DNA of 64,000 bases from Malacoraja senta (taxonomy: Eukaryota). The stretch lies in the NCBI GenBank assembly GCA_038087875.1, contig CM075992.1, positions 7,814,001-7,878,000 on the forward strand. The letters run 5' to 3'. The notes beneath the pieces are model-generated. The model was not told the DNA's origin. It searched no databases and saw only the letters and a list, made by a program, of their open reading frames with translations. A program made the translations under genes and the position numbers. Positions 34,926 to 46,603 of the stretch are shown piece by piece; the first letter of the stretch is position 1, and each line of letters opens with the position of its first letter.

Positions 34926-36149
34926 CTGCTGTTTCTGAACTGCTGGTCCACTGAACTGGACTCTGATACAATACAATACAATTTGATCACATTTCTAGAT
35001 GCCAAATGATATGTCACTGAAGAGCCATCCAGACATTACAACAAACAAATGAATGTCATGCAACTGCGCAATAAAGCATGTTACAAGGAAAAATGGACAA
35101 CACACTTATTCCATGATTGGCTATAAAACAATACAAGGGATTAATCTTAAAGCAATCAAAGAATTTGGAAGATTTTCCTGTTAGTGTGTTCCTCCAATGC
35201 AAAGTAACTATCAATAGGAATTTGGGCAAGATAATCAAAATAGAAATGTCAAAGAAAATCATGATTAAGGTCATAAGTGATAGGAGAAGAATTAGGCCAT
35301 TCGCCCCATCTAGTCTACTCTGCTGTTAACTGAACAATGCTTTGATCAGACTGCATTATTCCAGTTGTTAAGAAACAAAATATTCTTGCACTAAAGGGAA
35401 TTCTTTGCTTTAGAGTTCAAAATTATGAGAAAAATCTTTAAGGAGTTTCCCTCGTCAACCTGAAAAAAGATGATTGTTTCTTTTTCCACAAATGCTACCT
35501 AACTTGCTGAGTGTTTCCAGTGTTTCTGTTTGTAATTGATATTTACAACATCTTCCGTTTTGGTTGTATTCCAGGAGACATGCAGACAAAAAGCACCATG
35601 AATTGGAATTTTGGGCATATTGACTCCCATGTTCCCAAAATATTCTGTGAAAAAAAAATTCCACAACACCCTACCTTACCAACAAATTTAAACTGATAAC
35701 CAAAAAAACAAGTGTTGGGGGAATTCAGTGGGTCAGGCAGCATCTGTGGAATGAAATGGATTGAGATGACGCTGCCAGTTGGGACCTTTCTTCAGACAGA
35801 TCAAATTGATAACATTTTATCATTAATTCCAAACCAGAAGTATATAATTTATCCCATTTCTTTATATAGGTAGATTTTCAAAAAACAATATCGTCCCTTA
35901 AGCTTTACTGGTGTCACAGTCCAGCACTTCAAGTCTTTCTTCATAATATGGTTTCAAACTCATGGCTTCATCTCAATACATCTCACTATAGCTTTAAGTA
36001 CCATGTACATTATTATATCCATGTACTCACTATAGCTTTATGCTATTTTTAGATTTGTGCAATTCAGTTGCACGCTACATTGTATCTGTGGCTTAATCAC
36101 TTAATTTAATTTCTACTACAGTCTTCTTTACATGATGTATAGATTCATG

Positions 36150-36637
36150 CTTCTTCTGCAGTTGTATAGGGCTCTGGTGAGACCACATCTGGAGTATTGT
36201 GTACAGTTTTGGTCTCCTAATTTGAGGAAGGACATCCTTGTGATTGAGGCAGTGCAGCGTAGGTTCACGAGATGGATCCCTTGGATGGCGGGACTGTCAT
36301 ATGAGGAAAGATTTGAAAAGACTAGGCTTGTATTGACTGGAGTTTAGAAGGATGAGGGGGGGTCTTATAGAAACATATAAAATTATAAAAGGACTGGACA
36401 AGCTAGATGCAGGAAAAATGTTCCCAATGTTGGGCGAGTCCAGAACCAGGGGCCAGAAGTCTTAGAATAAAGGGGAGGCCATTTAAGACTGAGGTGAGAA
36501 AAAACTTTTTCACACAGAGAGTTGTGAATTTGTGGAATTCCCTGCTACAGAGGGCAGTGGAGGCCAAATCACTGGATGGATTTAAGAGTGAGTTAGATAG
36601 AGCTCTAGGGGCTAGTGGAGTCAAGGGATATGGGGAT
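36150..36637 (+). mobile_element. CR1 (HER1-like) ORF2 C-terminal fragment
   Basis: LYRALVRPHLEYCVQFWSP...RRFTR...RKNFFTQRVVNLWNSL, frameshifted. Confidence 0.9.
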
Positions 36638-36638
36638 A

Positions 36639-36826
36639 TTAAATCAAAGGTAGACACAAAATGCTGGAGTAACTCAGCGGGACAGGCAGCATCTCTGGAG
36701 AGAAGGAATGGGTGACATATCGGGTCACCCATTCCTTCAATGCAGAGATGCTGCCTGTCCCGCTGAGTTACTCCAGCATTTTGTGTCTACCTTTGATTTA
36801 AACCAGCATCTGTAGTTCTTTCCTAC
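36639..36826 (+). mobile_element. Penelope-like fold-back insertion
   Basis: Palindrome 36639-36801 plus tail. Confidence 0.85.
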
Positions 36827-36829
36827 TCA

Positions 36830-37820
36830 AGACACACCAACACCTCTACTTCCTGAGAGAACTGAGGAAATTGGCATGTCGCCAGAGGCTCTTACAATCT
36901 TATACAAATGCACCATAAAAAGCATACTGTCGGGATACTTCACAGCTTGGTTTGAGAATACCCCTGCCCAACAGCGCAAGAATTTGCAAAGAGTTGTGGA
37001 TGTAGCCGAGTCCAGCACACAGACCTGACTGCCTCACATTGACTCTATCTATATTTCACGCTGCCTCAAAAAAAGCAGCAAATGTAATCAAAGACTTGTC
37101 CCAACAGCTATTTCTTCTTCTTCCGGCTCTCATCTAGCAGAAGATCGGGTAGATGCACAGAGTCTCTTGCCCAGAGTAGGGAATTGAGGACCAGAGGACA
37201 TAGGTTTAAGGTGAAGGGGAATAAATTCAATAGGAATCCAAGGAGTAACCTTTTCACACAAAGGGTGGTGGATGTATGGAACAAACTGCCAGAGGAGGTA
37301 GTTGAGGTTGGTTGAGATAGTTGAGGTTTAAGAAACAGTTAGACAGGTACATGGATAGGACAGGTTTGGAGTGATATGGACCAAGCGCAGGCAAGTGGGA
37401 CTAGTGTAGCTGGGACATTGTTGGCCGGTGTGGGCAAGTTGGGCCGAAGGACCTGCTTCCACACTGTATCACTCTATGACTATGACTAAGGCACAGAAGC
37501 TTGAAAGTGCACACATCAGACTATGGAACAGTTTCTTCCCCTCCGTTATCAGGCTTCGGAATGATCCTTCCATTTGCTAAAGAATTACTGTCCAATTCAC
37601 CTCTTCCCCATTGAGAACATTGGATTTTGTCTAAGGAAATAATGCACTACAATGCTGAGAACTATTTTCTGCACTCTGTATCTTCCCTTTTGTTCTATCT
37701 ATTGTACTTGAGTTTGGCCTGATTGTATGTGTAGTATATCTGAACTGTCTGGATAGTACGCAAAACAAAGCTTGTCACTGCATCCGGTACATGTGACAAT
37801 AATAAAACTAAACCTCAACC
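36830..37820 (+). mobile_element. Rex1/Babar-type fragment with nested CR1 3' end (about 37146-37488)
   Basis: LYFLRELRK.GMS...LQRVV motif; CR1 end with (ATGACT)n tail interrupts it. Confidence 0.8.
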
Positions 37821-37849
37821 TATCCACCTCTGCTAGAGTTGAGAGGTGA

Positions 37850-38190
37850 CAGCAGAGATTTACGAGGCACACAGATAAGGCGAATGATCACAGTCTTTTT
37901 CCCAGGGTAGGGGAATCTAAAACTAGAGGGCAGAGGTTTAAAGATATGAAAGATTTTAAGGAGACCCGAGGGGGTACTTTTTTTCCTCCCCACACAGTGA
38001 TGGGTACATGGAATGAGTTGTCAGAGGAAGTGGTAGAGGCGGGAACAAATAAAAACATTTGGACAGGGATAGGAAAGGTTTTTGCAGGATTTGGGGTAAA
38101 AATTTGTTTAGCTCAGATGGGCAATTTGGACAACATGGACATCCTAGAGGGATGGGCTGTTTCTGGTCTGTATAACCCCACAACTCTCAT
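37850..38190 (+). mobile_element. Degenerate CR1 3' fragment
   Basis: WNELSEEVVEAG motif and CR1-type 3' UTR. Confidence 0.7.
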
Positions 38191-38899
38191 GTGTCAAGAC
38201 CAGCCAATAAACCAAATACATTATTAAAAGATTCTGGATTAACACGCAGATAAAATCTCAATGGGCTGACTCTTCAACAGCTGCCACTGAAAGATAAGCT
38301 CTACCACTTGCCTGAAAATACACAAGATAACTTCTGTTTTATACCCCCACTCTATAATCCATCCACAGCAAATATTTAACAATGTATTAGACACCAATCT
38401 TGCCTTCAGCAGAGATTTCCTCCACCAATTGTTTTTGCAACAAACATGAAAACCCAACCAATAAACACCCATTCACAATAATCCTCCCACAAAAAGTGTT
38501 AGTGGAGAAGCTTGCGGCGATCATTATCAAAGCCATTGACAGGTGATAAAAAGGAGAGCAAATAGATAAGAAAATGTGATCAGTGAAAATGCAACTGAAC
38601 CATTTTGATCTCTTAACCATTGAAACACAACCTAAATGTGCTCTAGTTTAATTGTTTATTGGTATCTAATTGAGAGATATAAATATTTTATGTATCCACC
38701 TACAGCCCTTTTTGTTAACAAAAGAATATTGTACCGTTTGATGTAGAAATGACTCAATTTCAACTCCTTTAACACTCTCAGTTTTTATTATACAGCCACA
38801 GGGAGCGATTGAAAGTAGACCATCACACATCACGGAACAAATATAATTTATGTTAAAGTTCTGAAGGGATAAAATAAACTTTAACTTTCTCAGTGTGAA

Positions 38900-39818
38900 C
38901 CACCTTGTAAAATACGACACCACCGTAGTGGGCCAGATATCAAATAATGACGAGAAGGAGATTGAGACCCTCGTAACCTGGTGTCAAGACAACAACCTCT
39001 CCTTCAATGTCAACAAGACAAAGGAGAATGTAATCAATTTCAGGAAGCAAAGCAGTACCCACACCCCAGTATACATGGATGGTGCGGAAGTAGAGATGCT
39101 TGAAAGCCTCAAGTTCTTCGGAATAAATATCACCAGCCATTTGTTCTGGACCAGCCACATTTGAGCAATGGTCAAGAAAGCACACAAACACCTCTACTTC
39201 CTTCGAAGGTTTAGCCAGTTTGGCATGTCCCCTACAACTCCACTATTTGTACAGATGAGCTGTAGAAAGCATTTTATTGGGATGCATCACTACATGGTTT
39301 GGGAACAGCGACATCCAAGACTGCAAGAAGTTGCAGAGTTGTGGACATAGACCAGACTATCATGCAAACCTATCTCCCTTCCGTTGACACCATCTACACT
39401 TCACGCTGCCTCGGGAAAACTACCAGCATATTCAAGAACCAGTCCCACCGTGGTCACTCTCTCTTCTCCCCTCGCCCATCAGGCAACAGGTACAGAAGTT
39501 TGTAAACACATATCTCCAGATTCAGGGACAGTTTTTACCCAGCTGTTATCAGGCAACTGAACCATCCTCTCACCAACTCGAGTGTAGTCCTGACCTATCT
39601 ACCTCATTGGAGACCTTTGAACTATCTTTAATTGGAATTTATTGGACTTTATCTTGCATTAAACATTATAGCCTTTATCCTGTATCTGTACACTGTGGAC
39701 AGCTTGATTGTAATCATGTATAGATTTTTCACTAACTGGATCAGCGCAGACGTTAGTGCCACTGGTCGGTAGTCATTGAGCCACGTCACCTTACTCGTGA
39801 CAATACTAAACTAAACTA
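38900..39818 (+). mobile_element. Rex1/Babar-type LINE fragment
   Basis: DTTVVGQI...WCQDNNLSFNVNKTKE...KFFGINIT...LYFLRR...PSGNRYRSL; 3' UTR and tail. Confidence 0.85.
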
Positions 39819-40029
39819 TTTTCATTGTTTCTTCACCCTCATCTGCACTCTCAGAAACCCAACTGTTGTGGAGAACGAGACCAATCTGTTTAATTACTTT
39901 TGATGTTTCTACATCACCTATATTTACTCTTACCAAGCCCCCCCCCCCATCCCCCATTTACTGTGACTGTGGCTTTGAATCCAAGTTACTCTTTAGTTTC
40001 CCTTCCATCTCCCCCAATATCCTCTCTTA

Positions 40030-40172
40030 ACATCTAGACAGGTACATGAATAGGATAGATTTAGAGGGATATGGGCCAAACACAGGCAGGTGGGACTAGC
40101 TTAGAAGGAGCATATTGGTCAGTGTGGACAAGTTGGGCCGCAGGGCTTGTTTTTACGCTGTATGACTCCGAC
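40030..40172 (+). mobile_element. CR1 3' end
   Basis: GACAGGTACATG...GGGCCGCAGGGCTTGTTT...CTGTATGACTC. Confidence 0.75.
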
Positions 40173-40756
40173 TCATCTAGTCCATGAGACTCATCTTCTC
40201 CTTGAATGCTATTCAGCATTATAGATTATTCTTTCTGCTAACAGAAACATTTTTAAATATGTTCAAAAATATTTTCATTCCCGTGTCCACCCTTGCCACT
40301 GCAGCAAACCAAATCAAAACAGTAAAGACATTATCTTACTTTCTTTCACTGTTACACTATTCCCCCTTTAGTAGCAAATATTTTCACACACTGAAGTTAT
40401 TCAATCCATGACTGTACCAGCTGAAAAAATGAAACCCAGACTTATACCACTTTCAACAGTGTGCTATGTGGACTACCTTCCATAGTCCACATAGCCCAGC
40501 AGGTCACTGCTGCTCAAGAGCACAAGTACTTTTAAAATGCAATTTCAGCTTTTTGTCTCTACTTCCCATTCAGTGGGTTCTAACTTCCACCATCCAATGT
40601 AAAAAGATGTTTCTTCCTCTCCCTGCACTCTTCAATTGATTACTTTAAATCTATTGCTACTAGATTCTGTCCCTATTGCCAAGGGGGGGAGATCCCAACT
40701 ATTTACTCTATTTGGAACAGTTTTATACACCCCAATGCTGAAATCAGATAAATCGA

Positions 40757-41060
40757 TCATCATCATCATCGTTGAAAACAACAATGGGCACGGTGCCTTA
40801 CAATGCTATGTACGACAGTGATCGCAACTTCTACTGAAGTGTGGATGGCCGTTGGCTCGCTAGAAGCTCATCCGCCCTTTGCCAGGTCTTGTTTTTGGGG
40901 TTCACAGCCCCCTCCTCACCTGGCAAACCAGGTGGGGGAGACGGTTTAGTCGCCGACTATCCGACCATGGAGCAGGTAGCACGGGATAACATTGTACCCG
41001 TGACGGGGGGAACTCCCCCCGACCTGACCTGTGAAACGAAGTCACGAACAATTAAGTCAT
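40757..41060 (-). mobile_element. Short non-autonomous retroposon, probably RTE-derived, (GAT)n tail
   Basis: GC-rich structured body sharing GGCGGATGA with the 24361 element; microsatellite tail. Confidence 0.45.
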
Positions 41061-41155
41061 ATATATATATCAGGGGTTGGTGTCAAAACTGAGAGAGCTT
41101 TTCACAGACTTGTCAAACAACATTCAGACTTGCCAGAAGCGTTCCGATCTGAAAG

Positions 41156-41232
41156 TGCCTGACCCACTGAGTTACTCCAGCATTTTGTGTCTATCTTTGG
41201 TATAAACCACCATCTGCAGTTCCTTGTTATTA
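41156..41232 (+). mobile_element. Short Penelope-like end insert
   Basis: TGCCTGACCCACTGAGTTACTCCAGCATTTTGTGTCTA...; flanking CA(T/C)TCAGACTTG repeats. Confidence 0.7.
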
Positions 41233-42134
41233 CACTCAGACTTGTCATACTCACAAAATCATGTCACACAGTAAACATCCTGGCCTTCTCCATCAGAATT
41301 CCAAGTCCTCCTCCTATTGCTAACATTGACTCCACAATTTCATGACAAGGTCAAAACTACTGTTGATTCCTAATTACTGGTCTTTTTCAGATGATGAATC
41401 AGTACTCTTCCACGTTGAACAGGAACACAAAATGTATTCTAGTTGGAATGTTAACAAATCACTAAGAATGGTTTGGTAACATCATCAAGTTCTGAAATAC
41501 ATAGTTACCAAAATAATTATGTATTCTGCTGACTGGATAGCATGCCACAAAAGCTTTTCACTGCACCTCAGTACATGTGACAATAAACTAAACAAACAAA
41601 TCTGCTGTATGCGGTTAATGAATCAATACTTCATCTTTACTAATTTACTTGCTGTCCATACTAGCATTAGTAGATGTTGAGGGGAACATTCAGATGGTGG
41701 TTTTTGTCCAAGGTAATCTCTTAGGATCAAGGATCAAGGTTGATTTGCTTCTACTGCTCTTTTTTGGGTTATGCGGTGGCTAATGATGATAAATCCTGTC
41801 TTTGTACTGAGCATTGCACTGTATCAGCAGGTTCAGCAGCAGAAATTGTACAGCCATGAGCTGCTGTGGGCCATTAGCAGAAGAACTATATTCTGCCAAA
41901 ATTCATTCCCTCATGACATATCCCGTACTCTATCATTATAATCATACTATGGCCAACTGTGTTTCATAAGATGGCAAATGCCATTTGAGACTAGCAAATA
42001 CATAAAAATGCTACACACGAGCAACAAACCTGATGGTGCTGCTGCAACACAAGTCTATATGTATGTTAAACAGCAAAGCCAGCATGACATGGACAAAACT
42101 ACTAAATACCACAACACACCATTTAGATGAGAAC

Positions 42135-42860
42135 ACAGTCATACAGCACAAGAAAGTTCCTTCAGCCCAACTTGTCTATGTTGACCATGATGCCACATCT
42201 AAGTGAGTCCCATTGCCTGTGTTTGGCCAATTTCCCTCAAAACCTTTCCTATCCATGTATCAGTCCAAGTGTCTCTTAAATGGTGATATTGAACTTACCT
42301 CAACGACCTCCTCTGGCAGCTCATTCCATGTACCCACCACCCTCTGTGAAAAAATTGCCCCTCAGGTTCTTTCCCCTCTCACCTTAAACCAATGTGTCTT
42401 AGGTTCTTGATTCCCCTACACTGGATTTAAAAAAAACACTGTGCTCACTCACCTTATCAATTCCCCCCATAATTTTATACGCCACTATAAGATCACCCCT
42501 CAGCATCCTGCACTCCAAGAGATAAAGCCCTAGCCTTCCCAACCTTTCCCTATAGCTCAGGCCCTCAAGTCCCGGCAATACCCTCATTAATCTCCTTAGT
42601 ACTCGTTCCAGCTTAATGAAGAAGGGTTTCGGCCCGAAACGTTGCCCATTTCCTTCGCTCCATAGATGCTGCTGCACCCGCTGAGTTTCTCCAGCACTTT
42701 TGTCTACCTCCCAGCTTAATGACACCCTTTCTATAGAAGGTTGACCAAAACTGAACCCAATACTCCAAATGCGACCTCACCAACGTCTTGTACTGTAATG
42801 TAATATTCCACCTTCTTTACTCAATATCCCGACTGACGAAGGGCAATAAAACAAAAGCCT
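42135..42860 (-). mobile_element. CR1 fragment
   Basis: LERVLRRLMRVLPGLEGLSYRERL...LRGDLI..YKIM.GID. Confidence 0.85.
42617..42710 (+). mobile_element. Short Penelope-derived insert starting inside the hammerhead core
   Basis: TGAAGAAGGGTTTCGGCCCGAAACGTTG...TGTCTACC; 12-bp TSD CCAGCTTAATGA at 42608-42619 and 42711-42722. Confidence 0.85.
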
Positions 42861-44139
42861 CCCTACAGATCATTCACTGAATGATACCAAGAATTAGTGA
42901 AGAGCAGATTATGGCATAAAGGCTCTGATTGGTAGAATTGAGGATATACCCTTCATAACCGGCTGTGCTGTTAGCTACATTGTTCCAATATAGTTTCAAC
43001 ATTGACATCACTCTGACAATGTTGAAGGTTGTCCAGTTATGTCCTGCCCACAAATAAATAACAAATCCAATCTGGCCAATAAATGCCTAATTAGTCATTC
43101 AGTAAAATAATGAACTGCCTGGTGAACTGTTCCATCAAAGGGCACTTAGCAATGCTTAGTTCTAGTTTTGCTGGAACTTGGATCATTGTTACCTTGGTCC
43201 AAACCATCACCATTGTGGCTCAATGTATGCCATTTACTAGCGTAGTGCAGTTACTCATCCAGGGAGCTTTACCACCAACATGTCCACCTCCAAGTCACGC
43301 ACAATGCCAAAAGAACTATCAATTAACATTATTTCATTGTTCTGTGGTGTGTTCTGGAAATAACCCCTCCCACCTTCCCAAACAGCATTGTGGGAATACT
43401 TTCACAGAACGCCAGTAGTAGTTCAAGAAGGCTGTTCAACACCGACTTCTAAAGGACAATTAATGCAGGGTTTAACAGAATATTTTACTTCTGGGCCCAA
43501 TTCTGAAACATCTTTCATTCCTTGTTCGGATGAGAATATTGGAGCCCGTTTTCTTTTTTACAGATGCTGCCTGATCTGCTGAGTGTTTCCAGCATATTCT
43601 GCTTTTATTTTAAATTTGGTTATGATTTGCGTCCAAAATAATAACGGCATTTTATTTGAATGAATCAATTAAGGTAACAGATTGTATCAACTATAGTTAT
43701 GGCATGATATTTGGACAAACAAGAACTGATCCAATATAGTATTGCAGTTTTATCTACAACTATACTGTGGATAATGACTTAAATCATTATTTTAGGTTCA
43801 TATCATACAAAGGCATAATACGTTGTTCATATACAGTTATACCAACAGTATTCTGGCTAATCCCAGTGCCCAAATTTATATTTTATATTTCTATCAAATT
43901 TAAGGATTTTGCTTGAAAAGGCACAATTTAGCAAGCAATGTTGCTGAAGCCAGCAGTTTTCTTCTAAAAATCATTTCCATCAATCGTTACAATAGTCTTC
44001 TGCTGGCACAGGAATAGTTTGATGGCCTTCGGGTATTTTTCTCATGAATTTATAGAGATGTTTGGATATCTATTCTGTAGCAGGTCACCATATTCGTCAC
44101 CTCAAAATGTTTCTTTTGCTTCACCACATCATCAAATGA

Positions 44140-44367
44140 AATAGACAATAGACAATAGGTGCTGGAGTAGGCCATTCGGCCCTTCGAGCCAGTACCGCCA
44201 TTCAATATGATCATGGCTGATCATCCCCAATCAGTACCCCGTTCCTGCCTTCTCCCCATATCCCCTGACTCCGCTATTTTTAAGAGCCCTATCTAGCTCT
44301 CTCTTGAAAGTATCCAGAGAACCTGCCTCCACCACCCTCTGAGGCAGAGAATTCCACAGACTCACCA
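44140..44367 (-). mobile_element. CR1 3' end
   Basis: (ATAGACA)n tail and conserved CR1 3' UTR. Confidence 0.85.
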
Positions 44368-44994
44368 AATCATTGTACATACTATTCTTCTTCCTTATAC
44401 CACATTACTAATGAAATTAAGAAAGTGAATTATCTCCTTATTTTACCTCCCTTTGAGGAACTCAGAAATGGGAGATTGTTAACCATCTCTTCCACATCCA
44501 CCCACCTGCTTTCTTTGCTTGTACTTAAAATCTTCGCAGACTTATATCCATCATACACAAGAAACAGCAGATGCTGGAATCCCAGGCAAAAAAAAAGTGC
44601 TGAAGGAACTCAGCAAATCAGGCAGCATCTGTGGAGGGAATGGATAGACTGCATTTTCCAGCCTTTAATCATTAGCCCACTGTTGTAACTTAAAAAAATA
44701 AATTAGAAATCTAACTGAGCTCCCATATCAACATCCAGCTGGAAGGAAACTCAGAGACTCAATGGTCATATTGATTTTTGATTCACATCCTGACTCTTCA
44801 CAAACTCTCCATCTACAAGGCTCATCAGGAAGGTAATAGAATACTATTACTAAATATTTTCCTTGCAGTAACTAGCCAAACTAACCTCAACCAAAACTCC
44901 CCAAACCAGAACATTTACCACCATGAAAGACACAAAAGGAATCGGCATGGTAAAACATTATCTGTACAACATTCTCATACTATACCAATGAATT

Positions 44995-45775
44995 GGTGGT
45001 AAGGAAGGCAAATGCAATGTTAGCATTTATTTCGAGAGGACTAGAGTACAAAAACAGGGATGTAGTTCTGAGGCTTTATAAGGCACTGGTCAGGCTGCAT
45101 TTGGGGTATTGTCAGTAGTTTTGGGCCCGATATCTGAGGAAGGATGTGCTGGCGTTGGAGATGGTCCAGAGGAGGATTACGAGAATGATCCTGGGGATGA
45201 TTGGGTTAACGTATCATGAGCATTTGACAGCACAAGGGCCTATTCTCGCTGGAGTTTAGAAGGATGAGGAGGTACCTCATTGAAACTTACCGAATAGTGA
45301 AAGGCCTGGCTGGAGTAGATTAGGAGAGGATGTTTCCACTATTAGGAGAGTCTAGAACCAGAGGGCATACCCTCTGAATAATAGGACGCACCTTTAGAAA
45401 GAAAATGAGGAGGAATTTCTTTAGTCAGAGAGTGGTGATTCTGTGGAATTCATTGCTCCAGATGGCTGTGGAGGCCATCACTCACCATTTTAAGGCGGAG
45501 ATTGACAGATTCTTGATTAGTAAGGTTGTCAGGGTTATGTGGAGAAGGCAGGAGAATGGGGTTGAGAGGAAAAGATAGATCAGCCATGATTGAATGGTGA
45601 TGGGCCAAATGGCCTACTTAGAGTCAATAGAGCGATACAGTGTGGAAGCAGCCCTTCACCCAAACTTGCCAACATGTCCCAGCTACACTAGTCCCACCTG
45701 CCTGCATTTGGTCCATATCCCTCCAAACCTGTCCTATCCAGGTACCTGTCTAATGCAGCTCCCATGACTTATGAA
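44995..45775 (+). mobile_element. CR1 fragment with a nested antisense CR1 end (about 45620-45753)
   Basis: KANAMLAFISRGLEYK...LYKALVRLHL...RRNFFSQRVV motifs. Confidence 0.85.
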
Positions 45776-46519
45776 CATCCTGACTATCACATACATTCCT
45801 GATCCTCCCTGGTTGCAAGGTAGGTACAAGCTCTAAACTTACATTCACCTCATCATTTGGCCTGCAAAGACCATGCCGGCACTTACTCTGTGTATTTAGT
45901 TTTGGGAAATAACAGCATTATGCGAATAATGACTACATCTAAAATCCAAATATTGAAAATCTATTATTCTATAGAGTGACAGGTTTAATTAATATTGGAC
46001 AAAACTGTGAGAGTGGAATCTAAAACCTTTTGTGCTCTTCCTCACAATAGAGTCTCAGTTGAGTTACTTGCTACTGCTGATTGTAGTGCCTCTATAGAAA
46101 GATACAATGTCACAAAACGAAACTTAATTTATTTTTCATCTATTTTGATTTCTTGCTTCTCTGAAAATAGCAACAGATTAATTTCATCTGTGCAAAACAC
46201 TGTTTCAATTTAAACTAATAACATTTGAAATAATTCCTTCATTGCTTTATAGACTTCTCATGAAAAAGATGTGTCTATGGTGCATAAAGTTCTATGGGTC
46301 TATTCTTTCATTAACTTGTCCTAGTGTTTACTTTCTCTGTGAGCCATTGATTGCGTGTTGAATCACGAGGAGGATCAGAGCCCTTCGTGATTCTGACCTC
46401 AATTGACTTTCTTACCTTAAACATGATCAAGAGATCTGAATAAGGGCACTGTGGCCAGTTAATGTAATTCAGAATTTATATTCTAAATATTTGTTGCTGG
46501 TAATGTAAGAACTTTGCTA

Positions 46520-46603
46520 GGTAGACAAAAGTGCTGGAGAAACTCAGCGTCTATGGAGCGAAGGAGATAGGCAACGTTTCGGGCCGAAACCCTTCTTCAG
46601 ACT
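46520..46603 (-). mobile_element. Short Penelope-derived insert with intact hammerhead core
   Basis: Reverse complement AGT-CTGAAGA-A-GGG(tttcgg)CCC-GAAA-CGTT; 14-bp TSD TAAGAACTTTGCTA at 46506-46519 and 46623-46636. Confidence 0.85.
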
